64,000 nt of DNA from an uncultured Christensenella sp. (lineage in GTDB: Bacteria > Bacillota > Clostridia > Christensenellales > UBA3700): contig CAYZGK010000002.1 of assembly GCA_964478025.1 (NCBI GenBank), forward strand, positions 22,727 to 86,726, given 5' to 3'. Made by a program: the position numbers and the translations under genes. The first letter of the stretch is position 1; every line of letters begins with the position of its first letter. This document shows positions 58,435-64,000 of the stretch, in pieces. The notes under the pieces were generated by a model. The model worked only from the letters and a program-made list of their open reading frames with translations, was not told the DNA's origin and made no database searches.

Positions 58435-60240
58435 CTATTTACGAATGTTTCTATACATAGGACCAAGTGCATCACAGGCTCTATAATCTTGTCCTTCCTT
58501 ATCCATTCCGAATGCATTCCATGTTGATGGACGGAAAATATCTTTCTCATCTACATTATGCATACAAACTGGAATACGTAACATACTGCACATTGTAATT
58601 AAATCTGCACCAATATGACCATAAGAAATAGCTCCATGGTTTGCTCCCCAGTTATTCATTACATCGTAAGCTGAGGCGAATGCGCCCTTACCTGTAACTC
58701 TTGGAGTAAACCAAGTACAAGGCCATGTATAGTCTGTACGTTTCCAAAGCGTATCAGTAACCTCATCTGGAAGTTTTACAGTCCAACCTTCAACTATTTG
58801 CATTACAGGTCCTAATCCCTTTATAAGGTTAAGACGGATCATAGTTGCTGGCATTTCTGCTCTTGTTACAAATCTACTTGAATAACCACCGCCACGGAAA
58901 TATCCTAGATCAGCATAAGGCCATGTTACATGAGACATAATAGTATCTATATCTTTATCTGTAACATTCCACCACTGCTTCATAACGGCATTGCCTTTTT
59001 CATCTTTTAATTCACCACAAGCATCAACACAACAAGCACCTGAGTTAATTAAATGAATAAATCCATCAGCCTCTTTTGCTTTACCCTCTAACTTATATCC
59101 AGTAACACGTTTAACTGCATCACCTGACCAATATGTACGAACATCGGCAAACATTTGAGCTCTTCCTGTTAATAATTTCATAAACAACATACTTGTTGCA
59201 TTTAAAGTATCATTTTCTGTACCTAAAACATATGGTTCTCTTGCACCATTCCAATCGAATGATGAATTAAGTATACTTTCTGGGAAATCGCAGTTTGGAT
59301 AGAAATCTGTCCATTGACGTTGTCCTTGGAAGCCACCGACGATTGCATTATGTCCAACAGATTCTTCTGTAAAGTTCTTACGAAGTGCTTTATTACCATT
59401 ATAAAGGTCCTTTATAATACAAGCCATCTTAGCTGTAAATTCCCAATCTTTTTCTTTTTGAGCAGGAGTTTTTTGCATTTCTACTGGGTTCTTATCAAAA
59501 TCTGGACGACATTTTTCTTTTACCCAAGCTAGAGCTTTCTTGTATTCATTCTTATCATAAATACCTTCAGTCATTCTACGAATAATTTCAACTTCATCAA
59601 CTGATTCAACTCTCATACCAAGATATTCTTCAAAGAAATCTGGAGAAATAATACTTCCACCAATACCCATAGTAACGGAACCAATTTGCAAATAAGATTT
59701 ACCACGCATTGTAGCAACAGCAACTGCAGCTCTAGCAAAACGTAAAATCTTTTCTTGAACGTCATTAGGAATAGTTGTATCATCAGCATCTTGAACTTCA
59801 TGTCCATAGATACCAAATGCAGGTAATCCTTTTTGGCTATGTGTAGCAAGTACAGAAGCTAAATATACAGCCCCTGGTCTTTCAGTACCATTAAATCCCC
59901 AAACAGCTTTAATTGTCATTGGGTCCATATCCATTGTCTCTGCACCATAGCACCAACATGGAGTAACTGTAAGTGTAATATCTACATTGTTCTTTTTAAA
60001 TTTATCTGCACATGCTGCAGCCTCAGCTACTCTACCTATTGTTGTATCAGCAATAATAACCTTAACTGGCTCACCATTTGAGTATCTAACATTTTCAGAA
60101 ATTAATTTAGCGGCAGCCTTAGCCATATTCATAGTTTGGTCCTCTAGGCTCTCTCTAACCTTAATTTTGCCTCTACGTCCATCAATTGTTGGACGAATTC
60201 CAATAACAGGATAATCTCCTATCAATCTTGATTGTGCCAT
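58435..60240 (-). CDS. fucI: L-fucose isomerase
   Basis: 601 aa. [11 protein letters not shown]...[16 protein letters not shown]...TVTPCWCYG closely parallels the E. coli FucI N-terminus as I remember it. Confidence 0.9.
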   Translation of the reverse strand: MAQSRLIGDYPVIGIRPTIDGRRGKIKVRESLEDQTMNMAKAAAKLISENVRYSNGEPVKVIIADTTIGRVAEAAACADKFKKNNVDITLTVTPCWCYGAETMDMDPMTIKAVWGFNGTERPGAVYLASVLATHSQKGLPAFGIYGHEVQDADDTTIPNDVQEKILRFARAAVAVATMRGKSYLQIGSVTMGIGGSIISPDFFEEYLGMRVESVDEVEIIRRMTEGIYDKNEYKKALAWVKEKCRPDFDKNPVEMQKTPAQKEKDWEFTAKMACIIKDLYNGNKALRKNFTEESVGHNAIVGGFQGQRQWTDFYPNCDFPESILNSSFDWNGAREPYVLGTENDTLNATSMLFMKLLTGRAQMFADVRTYWSGDAVKRVTGYKLEGKAKEADGFIHLINSGACCVDACGELKDEKGNAVMKQWWNVTDKDIDTIMSHVTWPYADLGYFRGGGYSSRFVTRAEMPATMIRLNLIKGLGPVMQIVEGWTVKLPDEVTDTLWKRTDYTWPCTWFTPRVTGKGAFASAYDVMNNWGANHGAISYGHIGADLITMCSMLRIPVCMHNVDEKDIFRPSTWNAFGMDKEGQDYRACDALGPMYRNIRK

Positions 60241-60428
60241 AATAATCTCCTTTATTTCTTATTTTTTATATTTAATTTTGTTTAATGAAAATCTAAATAT
60301 CTTACTTTTAAATCATAACACAATTAATTTAATAAATAAATAGCAAAAATGTCGACAAAATAGATATTTTCTAATTCAAATTACTTATATTTTTCATAAA
60401 AGACTATTTATTTTTTCTCAATATTTTT

Positions 60429-61397
60429 TTATTCACTTAAAATGCTTATACGTGTTGAAATTATATTATTTAATCTCTCTTTTATATTTTCTCCAATATA
60501 TGATTCTTCAACCATTTTAAGTAGATTTTCTTTTTCTTTGATAATTTTAGTAATAAATTTTTCAGCTGTTATTTTTTCTATACCAATATCTTTTGCAAAA
60601 TTTAAGAAATCTTTTCTACAAAGTTTATTTCTTTTGCTACACATTGTTAAAACAAATTCTTCTTTATCTTCAGGTATAATAGCATTAACAGGAAGCATGT
60701 CATAAGCACTAGATAGAACATATACACCACTGCCTTCTTTCTTTTCTATTAATGAAAAATTTTTCAAATGCATATCAGAATTTCCTACAACAAAAGAAAA
60801 AACTAATCTAAAATAAAGCTCTGTTAAATCAAACATTTTCATAGAGGAATATTTATTTATAACCTTTGCGCATCGCTCATAAGAACCTTTATACTTATCC
60901 TCAGTTAATCGCTCATCAAGTTGACAAAAATCCTCCATAGCAAGCATTTGAATATTACCATCACTTTGATCTCTATCAATTCTTTTTGTTATATAAGCAA
61001 GTTCTCCTTTATTATTCATTTTAATTAAAGCAAAAGGTACAGTTTTAATTCCCAATTTCTTTGCCATTTGCATAACTAAATATTCTGCTTCTGGCAAGTT
61101 TTCATAATCCTTTGTTTGTGGCTTAAATATATAACCTGTTGGATAATTTACAAGAGTTAGCCTTGGATGTTTTTCATTTGTTAAATGTAAAGATAATTTC
61201 TTTTGAACTCCAGGAACAGTAAATCCCTTATCTACTGTTTCATTGGTAAGTTTTTTTAATGTTTCTTCTGAAATATCTAAAAGTGGCAATTCTTTACTTC
61301 CAAAAAAAGCTTTTATACATTTTCTATGCCAGCCATTTTCTAATTCTTCTATAGGAGCATTAAGTGCAAATTCTTTGCCACAACACAAGCATTTCAT
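60429..61397 (-). CDS. hipT: HipT-like Ser/Thr kinase toxin (HipA C-terminal kinase core)
   Basis: 322 aa. The Gly-rich loop is TVPGVQKKLSL, the catalytic motif is GNSDMHLKNFS and the Mg-binding motif is AYDMLP. The N-terminus carries C-x-CC...H-xx-C. The ATG overlaps the upstream stop (ATGA). Confidence 0.85.
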   Translation of the reverse strand: MKCLCCGKEFALNAPIEELENGWHRKCIKAFFGSKELPLLDISEETLKKLTNETVDKGFTVPGVQKKLSLHLTNEKHPRLTLVNYPTGYIFKPQTKDYENLPEAEYLVMQMAKKLGIKTVPFALIKMNNKGELAYITKRIDRDQSDGNIQMLAMEDFCQLDERLTEDKYKGSYERCAKVINKYSSMKMFDLTELYFRLVFSFVVGNSDMHLKNFSLIEKKEGSGVYVLSSAYDMLPVNAIIPEDKEEFVLTMCSKRNKLCRKDFLNFAKDIGIEKITAEKFITKIIKEKENLLKMVEESYIGENIKERLNNIISTRISILSE

Positions 61398-61726
61398 AGT
61401 CTTTCACTCCTTACACTTACATTTCCTATTGCATCTCTACATGCAACTAAAAGTACCCCAAATCTATCATTTGGGGATATTTTCCAATTATGTGTCACAA
61501 CATCAAACAACCAGCCTTCTGGAATTAGTCCATCAAAAAATGGAAATAGTGTTTTTGATTGATACTCTTTTTTAGAAATAGGCAATGTTAAACTTACTGC
61601 TAATGCTTTGTCATTTTTTAAATATTTTTCATCATATGAAAAAGAATATCCATAATCATTTTCTGACAATACCCCTGCAAAGACATTGCAAACATATATA
61701 TAAGCATTTCTATATGTATCACTCAT
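61394..61726 (-). CDS. hipS: HipS-like protein (stand-alone HipA N-terminal subdomain)
   Basis: 110 aa. FPFFDGLIPEGW is the hallmark of the HipA N-terminal coupling domain. The ATG at 61726 overlaps the hipB stop by 8 nt. Confidence 0.8.
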   Translation of the reverse strand: MSDTYRNAYIYVCNVFAGVLSENDYGYSFSYDEKYLKNDKALAVSLTLPISKKEYQSKTLFPFFDGLIPEGWLFDVVTHNWKISPNDRFGVLLVACRDAIGNVSVRSERL

Positions 61727-61925
61727 CACGCTCTATTCTCCCAACAGTTACTTGTGCTCCAAAAACAGCAAGTGCTTGATTTACTTTATCTAAACGTAAA
61801 GTTTTTTTGCCTTGCTCTAGTTCACGAACGAACCTTAAGCCAAGTCCAGCGCGCATGGCAAACTCTTCCTGCGTTAAACCTAATTCTTTTCTATTTAGCT
61901 TTATAAACTCACTTATGTTGTTCAT
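61719..61925 (-). CDS. hipB: HipB-like Xre-family HTH protein
   Basis: 68 aa. LGLTQEEFAMRAGLGLRFVRELEQGK is a Cro/C1-type HTH. It is the first gene of the three-gene module. Confidence 0.85.
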   Translation of the reverse strand: MNNISEFIKLNRKELGLTQEEFAMRAGLGLRFVRELEQGKKTLRLDKVNQALAVFGAQVTVGRIERDE

Positions 61926-61960
61926 ATTATTCCTTTATAGATTGATTTATAACATAATTT

Positions 61961-62062
61961 TATACCCTTTCGGTACTCTTTACAATATATTTTACTTGTT
62001 TTATACCCAAACGGGTATTATTTACTATAATTATACCAAATTTATACCTAATCGGGTATAAA
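61961..62062. promoter_or_regulatory. hipB promoter region with three TATACC/GGTATA palindromic operators
   Basis: O3 is TTTATACC-N6-GGTATAAA at 62041-62062. O2 is ATACCC-AAAC-GGGTAT at 62003-62018. O1 is TATACC-CTTTC-GGTAC at 61961-61976 and is imperfect. An extra half-site lies at 62032-62037. An extended -10, TGGTATAAT, reads on the minus strand at 62038-62030. Confidence 0.65.
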
Positions 62063-62082
62063 TTTATTTTTTATCTAATACA

Positions 62083-62116
62083 TAAAAATAGGCAACCAAT
62101 ATTCTTGATTGCCTAT
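62083..62116 (-). terminator. ppdK terminator
   Basis: The stem pairs ATAGGCAACCAA (62088-62099) with TTGATTGCCTAT (62105-62116), with one mismatch. A T-run follows on the minus strand. Confidence 0.7.
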
Positions 62117-62146
62117 AAATTTTACTTTAAAATCCGTTTATTCTAA

Positions 62147-64000
62147 TTATTTTCTAGGATTCTTTATATTAGCTTGAGCAGCTGCAAGTCTTGCAATAGG
62201 TACTCTGAATGGAGAACAAGATACATAATCTAATCCGATATTATGACAGAATTCGATTGATGATGGATCTCCACCATGTTCACCACAAATACCACAATGG
62301 ATATCAGGTCTTTGTTCATGTCCTAACTTAACAGCCATATTCATTAACTTACCTACACCTACTGTATCTAACTTAGCAAATGGGTCAAATTCATAAATCT
62401 TTGCACCATAGTAAGCAGGAAGGAACTTACCAGCATCATCTCTTGAGAAACCAAATGTCATTTGTGTTAAGTCATTTGTTCCGAAGCAGAAGAATTCAGC
62501 TTCCTTAGCAATTTCATCAGCAGTTAAAGCAGCTCTTGGAATTTCAATCATTGTACCAACTTCATACTTTAAGTTAGAACCTGATTCTTTAATGATTGCA
62601 TCAGCTGTTTCTACAACAGTCTTTTTACAATATGCTAATTCCTTAACGTCTCCAACAAGTGGAATCATGATTTCTGGAACAACGTTCCAATCTGGATGTC
62701 TCTTTTGTACAGCGATAGCAGCCTTAATTACAGCCTTTGTTTGCATTACAGCAATTTCAGGATATGTAACAGCTAAACGGCAGCCTCTATGTCCCATCAT
62801 TGGGTTAAATTCATGTAATGAATCACAGAATAATTTAATTTCTTGTTTTGTCTTACCTTGAGCATTAGCTAACTTTTCAATATCTTGCTCTGTTGTAGGA
62901 ACGAACTCATGTAGAGGTGGGTCTAAGAAACGAATTGTAACTGGTTGACCTTTTAATGCTTCCATTAATCCTTCAAAGTCTGATTGTTGCATTGGCTCAA
63001 TTGCATCAAGAGCTTTAACTCTCTCTTCAGCTGTTTCTGAACAAATCATTTCACGGAACTTATCAATTCTTCCTTCACCAAAGAACATATGCTCTGTACG
63101 GCAAAGACCAATACCTTGTGCTCCTAATTCTGCAGCTCTTTGAGCATCAGCTGGAGTATCAGCGTTTGTTCTTACACCTAAAGCTTTATATTTATCTGCA
63201 AGCTTCATGATTCTTCCAAAGTATCCTGTGTTAGGATCTGCTGGAACTGTATGAATCATAATGTCATAAATATTTCCTGTTGAACCATCTAAAGATAAAT
63301 CATCACCTTCATGGAATACCTTTCCACCAAGTTCAAACTTCTTGTTTTCTTCATCCATCTTGATATCGCCACAACCAGATACACAACATGTTCCCATACC
63401 ACGAGCAACAACTGCAGCATGTGATGTTTGTCCACCACGAACTGTTAAAATACCTTGAGCATATTTCATACCTTCAATATCTTCTGGAGATGTTTCAAGT
63501 CTTACTAAGATAACTTTCTTACCCTTCTTTCCTTCTGTAACTGCATCTTCTGGAGTAAATACAATCTTACCAGCAGCAGCACCTGGAGAAGCAGCAATAC
63601 CCTTACCTACAATATTCTTCTTATCTGCTTCTTTTAATGCTTTAGAATCAAATGTTGGGTGTAATAACATATCTAAAGTCTTTGCATCAATTTGCATTAA
63701 AGCTTCTTGCTCTGTAATCATACCCTCATCAATTAAATCACAAGCAATTCTAATAGCTGCTTGAGCTGTTCTCTTACCGCTACGACATTGAAGCATATAT
63801 AACTTACCATTTTCAACAGTAAATTCCATATCTTGCATATCTCTATAGTGGTTCTCAAGTTTATCACAAACTGCTAAGAAATCTTTATAAGCTTCTGGGA
63901 ATCTTTCTTCCATTTCAGAAATCTTCATTGGAGTTCTAATACCAGCAACAACGTCTTCACCTTGTGCGTTTACTAGGAATTCACCCATAAGACCTTTTTC
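62147..64000 (-). CDS. ppdK: pyruvate, phosphate dikinase (N-terminal part lies outside the window)
   Basis: The phospho-His motif GGQTSHAAVVARGMG and the PEP-utiliser C-terminal domain (CGEHGGDP) are present. The frame stays open to the right edge. Confidence 0.93.
   Translation of the reverse strand, partial: EKGLMGEFLVNAQGEDVVAGIRTPMKISEMEERFPEAYKDFLAVCDKLENHYRDMQDMEFTVENGKLYMLQCRSGKRTAQAAIRIACDLIDEGMITEQEALMQIDAKTLDMLLHPTFDSKALKEADKKNIVGKGIAASPGAAAGKIVFTPEDAVTEGKKGKKVILVRLETSPEDIEGMKYAQGILTVRGGQTSHAAVVARGMGTCCVSGCGDIKMDEENKKFELGGKVFHEGDDLSLDGSTGNIYDIMIHTVPADPNTGYFGRIMKLADKYKALGVRTNADTPADAQRAAELGAQGIGLCRTEHMFFGEGRIDKFREMICSETAEERVKALDAIEPMQQSDFEGLMEALKGQPVTIRFLDPPLHEFVPTTEQDIEKLANAQGKTKQEIKLFCDSLHEFNPMMGHRGCRLAVTYPEIAVMQTKAVIKAAIAVQKRHPDWNVVPEIMIPLVGDVKELAYCKKTVVETADAIIKESGSNLKYEVGTMIEIPRAALTADEIAKEAEFFCFGTNDLTQMTFGFSRDDAGKFLPAYYGAKIYEFDPFAKLDTVGVGKLMNMAVKLGHEQRPDIHCGICGEHGGDPSSIEFCHNIGLDYVSCSPFRVPIARLAAAQANIKNPRK

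Noticed and set aside
60429-61726. hipS plus hipT as a frameshifted (pseudogenised) full-length hipA.
   Set aside because: The junction is a clean ATGA stop-start overlap with an intact ATG for the kinase. Both parts have complete motifs, and this split architecture is a known functional tripartite type.

Overview
This is an AT-rich chromosomal segment from a low-GC Bacillota or Mollicutes-related bacterium. It uses the standard genetic code: TGA ends several genes here and the long ORFs are intact. About 50 genes are present, nearly all on the minus strand. Most are housekeeping operons that I recognise from my own reading of the translated ORFs: tyrS-yigZ-ilvE, thyA-folA, a 4-tRNA cluster, hrcA-grpE-dnaK-dnaJ with CIRCE elements, ctsR-mcsA-mcsB-clpC with a CtsR box, hpf, galU, an F1Fo ATP synthase operon, pstS-pstCA-pstB-phoU-phoPR with Pho boxes, fucI, and a partial ppdK. 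Several accessory or unusual elements sit between these operons. (1) Four stand-alone AAA+ ATPase genes carry a C-terminal D..(D/E)xK nuclease-like signature; three are DUF4143-type and one is DUF234-type. Each is monocistronic, and each has its own repeat or palindrome at the promoter, two of them with an exact 33-bp period. (2) An orphan array of five 23-bp direct repeats has no obvious partner gene. (3) A tripartite hipB-hipS-hipT toxin-antitoxin module has TATACC/GGTATA operator palindromes. (4) The ATP synthase operon has no separate delta gene; a delta C-terminal-like segment is fused to alpha, and the c subunit has a signal-peptide-like extension. (5) A GGGtGRT/NifU-like gene pair of unknown function is present. 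(6) There are gene-decay patches: a flavodoxin/DXS remnant and a truncated AlbA_2-type gene with a 12-bp tandem repeat. All family assignments come from motif recognition by eye; no database search was run. My best candidate for an undescribed system is the ATPase-nuclease paralog set together with its private DNA repeats and the orphan array.
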